Source of the DNA: Stylophora pistillata
Lineage: Eukaryota
Assembly (NCBI RefSeq): GCF_002571385.2
Contig: NW_019217965.1
Location: 32,602 to 96,601, forward strand
Length of the DNA: 64,000 nt
Direction: 5' to 3'
The position numbers and the translations under genes were made by a program. Every line of letters begins with the position of its first letter. The stretch's first letter is position 1. The notes below the pieces were generated by a model. The model was not told the origin of the DNA. It worked only from the letters and a program-made list of their open reading frames with translations, and searched no databases. Positions 1 to 10,960 of this stretch are shown here, piece by piece.

Positions 1-201
1 GGGCGGGGGCGGTGGAAGTCGAAGAAGAAGCCCTGATTAAAAGAACGACCAGTTGGAGGAGGGGAACCCTAAAATTGATCATGTATTTTTCTTCGTGAGG
101 CGTGACTCGAGTTAATTTCTTTTTCCAAGTAGCGCGGTGTACTTACAAAAACTAATCAGAAGTTGCTAACTTACTCAACACCAAATTCTAGTGGCTAATT
201 T

Positions 202-308
202 GTATTGGTAATCGCATGGGGCCGAGTAAAATTAAGGATTAATATCACGCGTGTTTTCGGAAGTTGCTGCTGAAATTGCCCGCGACGAGGGAAATTTATG
301 CAACTTCC

Positions 309-341
<33 letters not shown>

Positions 342-585
342 CAGGAACCATGTGATTACTTGTTTATAATATAAGGGGCAAAATGTTTTCTTACTGATCT
401 CGCGCAAAGCGGGACGCCATTGTTACAAAACAAACAGAAATTTCTTTACCTTGGCAGCCGTTGCTAAGCGATTTTCAGCCAATCATTTTCAAGTAATTTT
501 GCCCGGGGCAATTACAAAAATTAAGAATAAATGCCCTCTGTCTTGACCAATCACAATTCAGTAATTTTGCCCCTTATTTGATAAA
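202..585. mobile_element. Short non-autonomous Crypton-like element with an about 150-bp internal hairpin (same family as 8811-9598)
   Basis: GTAATCGCATG...CATGTGATTAC inverted repeat at 208-359. The 3' end (GCCATTGTTAC...CAGCCAATCA...AATAAATGCCCTCT...CCAATCA..TTCAGTAATTTT) matches the end of the 8811-9598 copy. Confidence 0.7.
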
Positions 586-639
586 TAAATGTATGAGACT
601 AGCTCACTTTCTGTCGCATATTGCGACCACGACCGAGTG

Positions 640-795
640 ATACTACTCCCCCAGGGGATGATAGTGCATTACAGGTACCTCCTCCTCTCCTCCCTCTCTT
701 TCCGCGCCATTTTTAGTAGCGAGGTGGCTTGGCCAAGAGCAGAACAAGGCGACCACGAGCAGGGATAGAACCTATCAATTCATCACCAGGCCGCC
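640..795 (-). mobile_element. Degenerate SINE fragment (family of 34803-35092)
   Basis: ACTCCCCCAGGGGATGATAGTGCATTACAGG...TTGGCCAAGAGCAGAACA resembles CCCCCCTGGATGGGATGCTAGCCCATTGCAGG...TTGCCTAAGAACACAAC in the 34.8 kb copy. Another relic lies at about 20660-20810. Confidence 0.45.
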
Positions 796-1013
796 TCGTC
801 AAACCGCGTCACATCTATTGATAGAAAATTAATTGAATCTCAATTTAAAATTGAACTTCTACTGTTTAACCAAGTTACAGGTCAAAAAACTTGGGCAATG
901 AGAACTTTATAACCCTTTTTTATGTGATCAGTGAACGCGACTGTGACCAGGATTGAGATTGACAGTGGTGATTTTCATGTAAACTTTTAGTCACTTTTTC
1001 CTTTTCCTTTCAG

Positions 1014-2950
1014 AAGTATAAGTTCATTCGTATCGATGGCAGCACACCAGCAGGAGTTCGGCAGAGTTTGTGTGATCAGTTTCAGCAAAACAAAGAGTGT
1101 TTAGTCGCTGTTTTGTCAATCACAGCCGCGAATACAGGTGAAGCCACAACTTTTATTAGAACATAACCAGAGTAAAGCGCGCGCTCTGACTGGTCACTTG
1201 TCTACCCGGTTTTATCCCATGGGTTTACGCTGCTGACGTGAGCAAATGCAAAGACTAGTTTCCACGATTGTTTTTTCTGGTCACGTAAGAATTCAGTGTT
1301 AATTAAAAGAGAACTCTTTTGCTACAATGTATCAATGTTATGTTATAAAACAAATAGTAAACACCACAAAGTACACCATTGAGTTATGGGTACACGCGGG
1401 AGGTTGCTGGGCACGAAAGAAGCGTAAGAGTCGCGCAAGGCGAAAGCCGAGAACGACTCTAGCTTCTTGAGTGAACCGAAGAACTGCTTTTCGATCTACA
1501 TTGTAAGTGAGGACAACAAAGTCTTGGCGATGCTGCAGAATTTGACATTTTCATAGCTTGTCTGAGGAGACTTCAACTCATTCTACTCTCTTGTTGTATT
1601 ATTCTAGATTAAATTTTTGTTTTACCATTAGGTTTGACTCTTACCGAGGCCAGCGCGGTTGTGTTTGCTGAACTCTTCTGGAATCCTGGGGTGAGACTTT
1701 GAGCAATGGATTATTCCCTGATGATATCATAGACTGTATTTAAACTAAAAGAAATATTTTAAAAAGTACTTCGCTGGATTAATAGTCACAAAATGCGGAC
1801 GGAACTGAGCAAAGAGGGGCTTGAGGCGTGCAAATAATACTTATGAGTCTTGTAAACTACTGCGTCACTGGTTCTTTGTTCTGATTGGCTGCTATAGGAT
1901 CAAGTTGCAACAGTTGTTGGACTAATCAAGAAGCGTCACAGTCATAAAGCTTATTATTTGTTTGCCTTATTTCCAGGCTCTTGTCCAGGCAGAGGACCGT
2001 GTGCACAGAATCGGTCAGAAGAATACCGTAAATATTCACTACCTTGTTGCCAAAAAGACTGCTGATGATTACCTGTGGTACGCAGTGACAACTAACTTTG
2101 TTTATCATGAATGCTTGGTGTGATTTTGATGCCATTCAAGGTCTTATGGAATACAAACGTGCTTTGCGACGTTTTTTCAACGAGTCTGTTATGTCAGCCT
2201 TTTCAACAACTCGGTTCTGTTTTTTCTAAAATTTGCATTGGATTTTTAGTCAATCATCTTTCTCAACATTGTTATTCTTCTGCTTTTGTCACAACGAACC
2301 CAACACCATGTTTGCACTAATGGACATTTATTTCCTTGTTCCTTTCTTTTATTTTTTTTTTTTTCAGGCCGCTGATTCAAAACAAATTGGAAGTTCTAGG
2401 TAAAGCAGGTCTTTCAGAAGACGTGTTAGAAGCTGACTGCACGTTCTTCAAGGTACTCTTCAACTTACATAACGTGGTTGTAATCATTTTTCGGCACCAA
2501 CTAGAGTTGTTCATTACCTGTTAAGTTACGAACTATTTTTGTGGGTTTGTTTCTCAGGATCCAAGACAACAGACGCTATTTTCTTTTGTGGAATCTTTCG
2601 TGGAAGATTACACGGCTGTCAGCCCCTCAAGTGAAGCTGAAACCACGACATCATTGAACAATAACTCAGACTTTGAAATCCATACGGAGTCTGTTGCTGT
2701 GGAAACAAGACAACCGAAAGATGGCGGAAGTGACGCAAGAAAACGGACGAAACCCAAAGAGAGTGTTTCAAAGACCGGAAGCAAGTTTGCAGATTTATTA
2801 GCTGACAAGTTTGACTGGTTTGACGACTTTGGAGATGCGGAAGAGACAAGTGATACCGCACTATTTGATATGATAGGAAGTAAAAACGCGCGGTGTGAAT
2901 CGAAAGGATCAGCTCTAACAGAACCCTCTGCTAAGAGACAACGGCGTTGA
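1014..2950 (+). CDS. SMARCAL1: SMARCAL1 (HARP annealing helicase, SNF2 family), 3' part only; upstream exons lie outside the window
   Basis: Spliced exons 1014-1137, 1632-1690, 1977-2077, 2368-2452 and 2558-2950, all GT-AG with consistent phases. They translate to [24 protein letters not shown]...[82 protein letters not shown]...DPRQQTLF..., the SNF2 helicase C-terminal lobe. SITAAN, ELFWNPG and TADDYLWPLIQ are SMARCAL1-type rather than ZRANB3-type. Stop TGA ends at 2950; AATAAA at 3045-3050. Confidence 0.95.
1152..1475. repeat. Interspersed repeat remnant in a SMARCAL1 intron (GCGCGCTCTGAYTGGTC-type end with partial internal hairpin)
   Basis: Starts with ATTAGAAC...GCGCGCGCTCTGACTGGTC and contains the imperfect stem AAGAAGCGTAAGAGTCG...CGACTCTAGCTTCTT. 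A similar terminus (ATTAACAGG...ACGCGCCCTGATAGGTC) occurs near 39805. Confidence 0.45.
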
Positions 2951-5900
2951 AAAAGACCCATCCCTTGTTTTAGTTGTCTGGTGTTAAGATGACAATTTTT
3001 CTCCGTCTGATGTGAGGCGTGTGACCGTTTATCACCCATGTTAAAATAAAACGTAGTTAGACTAAAACCCGTTTTACCAAGTCTACATTTCAAGGTACCT
3101 ATTTCTTACACGGTTGTTGTTTTGTGATCGAATTTACGGATGTTAACGTCGCTTGCTTTGTGTAGAAATCCTTGCCAACATTTTTAAATCTGTGCGTCGT
3201 GTTGGACGAACTCAACAACTTCAGCCAAGCCTTAGAACTCCCGGCTTGTAAATAAATATTGAAAAAGCAGCAAACACATTGTAAGCGTGTAGTATTTAGC
3301 TCGTTGTATAAAATAGAAACAAAGAAGACATACCGTAGCCACAAATTTTACCATTACAAATTAAGATTTTCGCATTTGTCAACTAGAAGGAAAGAGATAA
3401 AGCCAAGAAATGAATTCAAAGAAACATAATATCTGTTACAGTGTAATCTGTAAGGGTTTTGTTATCTGGTACCCATGCTCTTATCATCTTGTGCTGTACT
3501 TGTGCTGCCTGGTAATGAATATTATCGATGAACGGACAGCAAAGGTAGGCCCTAAAAATTTACATAATTACCTTATTTTTAAAACAAGTAAATATGAAAA
3601 GTGCATGAAGACTGTTCTTTAGTGCTAGATCTTATTCATTTTCTTTGCTAATGAGCGTAGAGTTCATGACACATACTTATATTGGCAACAGTAGTGTACC
3701 GCGATATCCCATTATTACTGCCTGCGGACAAAAATTCGTGAACATCGAGATGAAATTCTACCCTTCCAACAACTTGCGACACCTAGTTGGTCAAGTTATC
3801 TACGTCTACAAATTTTACAAAACATAGAATTGAAACAATTTGCAATTCTCGCGGTTTCGGTTTTCAGTGCACCAAAAATTTAGAGGAGGAATGACAAATT
3901 GTACAAGGAAGTTGAGTGTCTCGCAAATAAATTTTCTTCTGATCACCTTTGTGATGAACCTTAAAAGCTGAATTTCTTTAAGGCCCGAGATTTGTCTCGG
4001 GTCTCCGTCCAAAGGTATCGTCTTAAACGATAGTGGGATGTGTATAGTTTGTATATGTTTGCCAAACAACCCAGAAAACATTGCCGCTTTCAACTTTTAA
4101 AAAGTTGACGTTTAGTGTCCCTTCGACTCCCAGGGATTTTGGAAAGCGTAGGCGTTTGTATGTTACTGCTGGTACTCCCGCGGAAACAGAACTTGGGTAT
4201 TGCATGCGCAAATAAAAAAAAAAAAATTCCAAAAAATCTTAACTGTGTACTGTACGAGTGTTTGCCTATGGAGTAGAGAAGTTCTGATCCCTTCTAGCCG
4301 GGTACACAATTTTTTTGTTTGAGTCGCCAATTTATTATCACAACACTTTCGATTCGACTTCCGTTAAAACGATATCATTTTCGCAAATAGGAAATTTGGA
4401 GTTATGCAACTGAGATGCACATTGTTATCGTAAATTTCTTGGCAATGAACCAGTCACCCGTGTGACAATTGGCCACATCCCAACTGTTAGACAAGATAAT
4501 TTATCATATTAAAACAAAGCCATTGTGTGGTTTTGCTTGTCTATTCGTGCTGCGTTGGCACGAAAATCAATAACAGAGGAACTGAAATTCGCAAACACTT
4601 CCCTTTTGAGCCATTTCGAAACGTTCCTATAGTTGAGTTGGTCAGCCATCAATCAGGATATATCAGAAACGTTTAGCCGAAAGGTAAGTTTGTATGTCGC
4701 TCATTATTCTATACTGAATCTAAAGGACATCAGTGCATTGATAATCTGACGAGCTATTCAAACTGTCTTAGAGGCTCCGATTTCGCCGGTCAAAATTTGA
4801 TGTTTAAGATCTAGATAACGCCCAATGTGTTATAAATCCTTTACATTTAAAAATGCTGCTAACTCCGAAACTGAAAGCCTTTAGCAGTGATTATCTTTTC
4901 AAAGGAAACGTTCGCGCCTGGTTTTTTAAAGCAGGATAGATTTTGTGATGGCGCATTAGTAATAAGCTTAGTTTTCAACCCGACTTCCCTGACACAGGTT
5001 GTTCTCGAAACTCGTTTGAATTTATGGCTTAGTTAAATTTTCGTTTCTAATAATTTCAAGGGTATGATTTAGCAATTGCATGTAGAACGTTCCGAGGCCG
5101 TGAGTCGTGTAACATTGTTACAGAATATTCTCCGTTTTAGTGCAAGCCGATCATTTTACACCGGTAAACATATGTAAGTTACATCGTTGAGAAGATACAA
5201 TTAAGACTATCAGGCAAGTTTGTTGCTAGTCTTTCGCAATACCTTCTTGTTACTATGTTATGGTGGTTTGCATGATTTTCATATTTTACCGAATAACGAA
5301 ACATATCTGGTCTTTCTCAGCCGTAATGAATAATGTAAATTCTCTCCTCGTCAAACTGAATTAGTCCACTGGTACTGACAAATTGTTTTTTTGAAACTTC
5401 ACTTACGAACACGTTTTGGAACGAAACTTTCCTGGCTTAGAAAAAGGTGATTTTTTTTTCGTTTTTAAATTTCATTTAATACACAATGTAAAGTTTGCAA
5501 TTTCTCATTCATTTTTATCCCAATACAGTCAAAAGTGTTATTCAGACGTAGCTGGGCACCATGCACCTGTTGAAAAAAATTGCAACCTGTTGCATTGCTA
5601 TGTGTTCAGATTGAAATAAACATTGACAACTTAAAGAACTTTGTTGAATCACAGAACATTAACATCGCCTGGCAAAACGACCTCGTCTCTGACGTCAAGC
5701 TTTTTAAATACTTGCAAGGGGTACACTACTTAGTACACTAATAATGAGGAAATTTACAAACAAAAGCTGTAAAAACCGATTGTATCAGTCAGAGTGCAGA
5801 AAACTCCCAATCTCCAGGTAGAAAAATACTCTAACTTCAAGAAAGTAAATGTACTTTTGATGTAGGGGGGAGGGGGGTATCTGCGAGATTGTTAGCTCTC

Positions 5901-6636
5901 AGTGTACTAAAGAATAACCTGGGTACAGACATGTTTGGACATTCTTTCCCGGCGGAGCTAACCGTTTGGGAGGAAGCAAAAGTTGCAAAGAAATGTCAGC
6001 AAATGTTAGAATCTCCGTCAAAGTCCTCATGCCCTCCTCTTCAAAACCAAAAACAGCATTGTACGTAATTTCATTGTTCTGTGGTTTTTCATCGTTCCAC
6101 TTTTAAGGAAAAGGTACAAGACTGAGCTCGGATACGTATAGACGATGGTTATAGTAGTTTTTCCAGCTCACTCTATCTACCTACATGCATACTTCTTGTG
6201 CAGATTGCAATGCTACTTTATCTATTGTCTGTAACAAAGCCTTTCTAACCCTGTCGATGAGTGCAAAGCAATATGATTTTCACTCAAAAGTGGGGCTTAG
6301 AAGGCATATTTCTAAGTAAAAATTAACAAAAGTCGCAAATAATGAACCGGGCTTTATGTTTGGCATTGATCTCTTATGAGAGGAAACGATATGTATTGGA
6401 TTAACGAGTGAAGAATTTACTCGATGCCATGTAACCTCAGGGTTAGTAAAGGATTTTGGGTGAAAACTCTAAGTTGGCTTCAAAATTGGTATTAACTGGA
6501 GGCATTTTATTGCGGTCACTTCTTGTATACTTATTTCCGTCTGAATTTTTAGTCCTTTCCGTCCGCTCTGGAAATAGAGCTGAGACCAGTTGATAAGTGA
6601 TAAATAATAGTGATCATGATCATGATAATAATGATT

Positions 6637-6969
6637 TAGATTTAGATTTATTTAGATTTATTTAGCTTCGCCAACCAGCAGGGACACTGCAACAGCTTGC
6701 GCCGATTACTGCGCCGATTTCTGCCCAATAAACCCACCCATCCCACCCCAGGGGAGGTCATCCATCACACAGTAATCTCGTGTGTGGAAAATTAACGTCT
6801 CCTACCCCAACCCTGCAGGAGACGGAACCTCCATTCATTCGTCCTTATCCGAGAAGACTAGAATATCTAACCATTTCTAGGTGTTATAGAAAGGTAGCAA
6901 ATTCTTCTCAATTATTTTAAGACCCTGAGTGTTGGTTCGGCCGGGGCTCGAACCCCCGACCTCCCGCAC
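6637..6969 (-). mobile_element. tRNA-derived SINE with a (TAAATC/TAAA)n tail
   Basis: Reverse complement closely matches 40198-40425 (GTGCGGGAGGTCG...GGCCG.ACCAACACTCAGGGTCTT...GGGTAGGAGACGTTAATTT.CCACACACGAGATTACTGTGTGATGGATG). B box GGTTCGAGCCC. The 5' end is cut by an n at 6970. Confidence 0.8.
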
Positions 6970-6970
6970 N

Positions 6971-7712
6971 TTCGAATAAATCAGAAATATAGTCAGGCCC
7001 ATTAACTTTTACACGTTTAAAAAGGAGGACAAGAGATTGGTAATATCGTCTGTGTTCCAGTGATTGCATATTTACAGTTCTAAGACAATATAGGGTCATA
7101 ATCAAAGCTATTTCCAAAATTTAAAAGGACTTTTAGGGCATAATAGTTTGCAAATTCAAGTTTCTTTTTCAAGGTTTTATTAATTCCTAGTAGTAATGGA
7201 CTACAATATTCAAGGTGCGGAAGTATGTAGGCCTTGTACAGCATTTCGCTCCGTTTCGCGGAGCGTTTCGCTCCGACGAAGTGTTAACGCTCGAAACGTC
7301 AGCTTTTGTAATCGTTACGGTGGCCAATTTACCATTTCAACTTTGTTGATATATCCAAATTATCTTGTACAGCATTAATGAGATATCAGCTGGGACAAGC
7401 TTTTAAGTCCCTCAGAGCTCCGATCTTAACATAGACCTTCCTTAAAACAGTTGATAGGTGGTATTTAAAGGATAGCTTGTCATCCAAACGAACACCAAGG
7501 ATATTCATGTAGCCGCTTATCATTTTGATAACGGCGTCGCCAATATAAAGAGCACGTTCATGAGAGTGTTTACCCAGAATCATAGCTTGGTTTTTCTTGC
7601 TGTTGACGAACAAATAATTTGAAGCAAACCAGGATCTGAGGTTCTTAAGATCTTCGGTTAATCGTAAACTTGAACTGTGCCTGACAGAACAGCCGTTCAC
7701 TTCGCCTACCAA
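6971..7712 (-). pseudogene. Degraded non-LTR retrotransposon (CR1/L2-type) reverse-transcriptase C-terminal fragment
   Basis: Minus-strand peptides DLKNLRSWFASNYLFVNSKKNQAMILG, NILGVRLDDKLSFKYHL, LMLYKAYILPHLEYCSPLLLG and SLEHRRYYQSLVLLFK are typical of the LINE RT C-terminus. It has frameshifts and an insertion at 7246-7363. Confidence 0.85.
7246..7363 (+). mobile_element. About 120-nt Penelope-like (pseudo-LTR) mini-element with a minimal hammerhead-ribozyme-like motif and 13-bp TSD
   Basis: GCT-CCGACGA-A-GTGT(TAAC)GCTC-GAAA-CG-TC-AGC at 7270-7303. Flanked by CTTGTACAGCATT at 7233-7245 and 7364-7376; removing the insert and one repeat restores the host LINE frame (LMLYKAYILPHL). Confidence 0.75.
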
Positions 7713-8810
7713 ACTACATTATCGAATAATTATTTTTGGTGTTCGTGGTTTTCGCCTTCACCTTAATTAACGTCACGTAAACGAAACTCTTTGCAAACGG
7801 TCCTCTTGAGAACTCATTGTGTGGTGGAGTAACGACCACTGACGTCACAATTTCCCTATTCTATACCCTCATGTGCACTATCCCTCTTCGGTGGCTGGAT
7901 AAGACTTGGAATATGTTAACCTACTAAAGAAATTTATACCAGCAATGAAACACACACCACTTATATTGATGGTCTTGAATTTCTTTCATAAACTTTGATG
8001 ACTGAAGCAAATAACTTCTCAGACTAAACCAATGCCATCTGGCCGCTGTTTTGAAGTAAAATCTTTAGTTTACAAACCACTCGTACTTTATCCCAATAAG
8101 GATCATTTTTTCAAGTAATTATTTTTCCAGGAAGTTTCCATTTTGGAGACCCATCTACAATCAGCTTAGATTAAGATTTCAAGTTAAGAGAGAAACTTCG
8201 GGAATCAATAAGACCATATCAGAGGAAGAGATAGGACTGTCCATGCAATTTAAACCAAGTGTCTGTTGCAGCAAATTCAGCTTCGTCAGCAAAGTGTCTG
8301 TCCAGTGTTTGCATCTGGTAAAGGGTCCATTTTAACATAGGGTTCCTTTTAGGGAACGGTACATTTGATCACGTGCATGATAGAAAAATGAAAAGGAACT
8401 TTACTTGGATCAGGGAAAGTTCAAAATTTTTTACCCCCTAGTATTGCGCGATGGATCGAAAAATATTTTTGAATCACGCTAACATAAATACTGTAGCAAC
8501 CAAACGGCAAAAGTGATTCTGATTTTCAACCATCAATAAAAAAAAGTCGTTTTATATTTATTTACTGAATAATTATTACAGTTTCTTTGTTGTCATTTCC
8601 CGTTTAACTACAGTCCGACACGTTCCATCAATATCATTTTGCCATCTATTTTTTTGTCCCCTCCCACTCAATTCCCTAATCGTGTGAGAAAGGGTACCCT
8701 CACAGTTAACATCAGATGACTCTTATCTTCTCTGTTGACATGCAATACCAAGTGCACCCTAGCCTTATCACTTTTTTATTGCCTAAAAGAGCAATTTTTG
8801 CGATCATTTA

Positions 8811-9598
8811 GTATAGGTAATCGCATGAGGCCGGATAAAATTAAGAATTACTTTCACGCATGTTTTCAGAAGTTGCTGAAATTGCCCTCGTCGCTTCGCA
8901 ACTCGGGAAATTTCAGCAACTTCTGAAAACACAAGTGATATTAATTCTTAATTTTACGAGGACCCATTGCGATTACTTGTTAATGAAATTGAGGGGAAAA
9001 TTACTGAATTTCTGAATGCGCTCTTCAGTCATAGTAAGCCATTTAAAGTTGACAGAGAATCAATGGCCACAAATGCACGAATGAGCTCAATGAAATTTTA
9101 TTTTTGCACAAAAGATACCAGGACTTTGGATAGGCTTTTGATGTTAGATATCTCTCCAGTGATGCCTGCATTACTCAGTTCATGCAGTCGGGCTCGTATT
9201 CATCCCCGATTTCTTTTCGTAACTCGGCAGAAAACTGCGCCAGCGTTCGGTCGAGGACATCGCTCTCGTACTCTTCCAAATTTTCTTGGAAGTTTCTTTC
9301 ATTCGCCCACTTTTTAAAAACGTTCTTCCAGTACTCCGTGCCGTTTCCTCGTGTTTTCGTTTTCGCTCTTGTCTTTTAATTGTTCGACATATTCCTCCGG
9401 TGTCAACTATCTCGAAACGAGAAGCCATTGTTACAGAAAATCTTCAGCAATAACTTTTCGATAGCATAAGCTGTTTCTAGGCAACCTGAGTACCAATCAT
9501 GAGCTAGTAATTTTGCCCTCTTCTTGAGCAAAATTAAGAAAAAATACCCTCTTCATAGACCAATCAGCATTCAGTAATTTTTCACTCTATTTTATTAT
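8811..9598 (-). mobile_element. Crypton-type (tyrosine-recombinase) DNA transposon remnant with terminal hairpin
   Basis: About 160-bp inverted repeat at 8817-8975. The frameshifted minus-strand peptide from 9428, MASRFEIV...EEYVEQLKDKSENENTRK/TEYWKNVFKKWANERNFQENLEEYESDVLDRTLAQFSAELRKEIGDEYEPDCMN*VMQASLERYLTSKAYPKS, resembles the core-binding region of Crypton/DUF3504 (ZMYM/KIAA1958-like) recombinases. Confidence 0.7.
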
Positions 9599-9691
9599 GT
9601 CGGAAATCGGGTGATCACAGTCAACGCCGATTGAAAGCAGTAAATATACATTTTACGTTTAAATGCTTGTTGTCATTAGTTTCTTGGTCAT

Positions 9692-9724
<33 letters not shown>

Positions 9725-10034
9725 CCAACATGTTGATTGCATGTTGGACAGTCCAACATGTGTAAATTAGGGGGTGGCCAAACGATACCAAACATCCATT
9801 CAACATGTTTGATCAAACATGGGACGCATAGGGTTGTGGGTAAGGATATTTCCCAGCGTACACCACGTTGTAATATCCACGGATGTTTGAAACATGGCGG
9901 AGAGTAAAGAGAAATTTAAGCGTTATTTATCAGTGTTATTAGTGCTTGACGAGCTTGAAGAAACCGAGGATCGATAGAGCAAGTAAACGAGGGAAAACAA
10001 GAGAATGGATTCGAAGACCACAAGAGTGTGGTCA

Positions 10035-10960
10035 TATATATCTTATTAACCAAGCGCGAGGGCCGTACTGGGAGAATATCGGCCCGAGGTCTTGACAGTA
10101 CGGACCGAGCGCAGCGAGGTCCGTACAAAAAAGACCGAGGGCCGATATCCTTCCAGTACGGTCCCGAGCAAGTTTGGTTAATAAGAGATTTATTATACGA
10201 CTGAAGTTCAAAGGGACATAAGTGCGGTATCATTCGGGACCATTCGGGACAGTGCCCGGTCCAATACTGAGAGAATGTTGACCGGCAATAGAGCATTTTG
10301 ATTGTTTGATTTTAGTTATTGGCCCTCTGACTGCCAGAGTCGTGTAATAATTTACCAATATTGTTCGAGAACTAGCCGCCGTTCGATAAAGAAAATTTGC
10401 TCGTTCTCTCTTGTCTTTCAGGTGGTACTCGGCACAAAAAACATCCCATAAGAAATAATTTGGATATATCAACAAAATTGAAATGGTAAATTGGCCACCG
10501 TAACGATTACAAAAGCTGACGTTTCGAGCGTTANAATTTTATTCCTAATATCACTCACGGATATATCGAGTTCCTCTTCGATCGAAAAATATGCTCGTTC
10601 TCTCTTGTCTTTCAGGTGGTACTCGGCACAAAAAACATCCCATAAGAAATAATTTGGATATATCAACAAAATTGAAATGGTAAATTGGCCACCGTAACGA
10701 TTACAAAAGCTGACGTTTCGAGCGTTAGCCCTTCGTCGGAGCGAAAAGAATCTATTGCCATAAGAATCTATTCTCTTCCAATAGGTGGATCAATCGGTCG
10801 GTTTCCTCGTCGCTCCAACGTCTTGCTTTTTGTTTGGTGTTTTTTTGTTAGAAGTTTGAGCGACATTCTGCGCTGCTTCCTCGCTGGCTGCCATTTTCAA
10901 ACTACAATGACGCAAGCCAACGGTGTCTATGGTAACGACTGAGTTTGCGGTCACAATGCG
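10035..10960. mobile_element. Hairpin-headed non-autonomous element nested in the Harbinger MITE
   Basis: About 146-bp imperfect inverted repeat at 10041-10186 (TCTTATTAACCAAGC...CGTACTGGGAGAATATCGGCCC...GGGCCGATATCCTTCCAGTACG...GTTTGGTTAATAAGA). The right boundary is approximate. Confidence 0.55.
10649..10745 (-). ncRNA. Hammerhead-ribozyme-like motif in a Penelope-type mini-element (best-preserved copy)
   Basis: Minus strand of 10709-10742 reads GCT-CCGACGA-A-GGGC(TAAC)GCTC-GAAA-CG-TC-AGC: helix I GCT/AGC, helix II GGGC/GCTC, palindromic ACGU in place of helix III, GUC cleavage triplet. Flanked by CCATAAGAA at 10640-10648 and 10758-10766. A second, truncated copy ends at the n at 10534. 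Confidence 0.65.

Noticed and set aside
1014-2950. ZRANB3 as an alternative identity
   Set aside because: No NZF or HNH domains follow the helicase and the diagnostic residues match SMARCAL1.
2608-3093. 161-aa - strand ORF
   Set aside because: Antisense to the SMARCAL1 last exon; non-ATG start and no domain signal.
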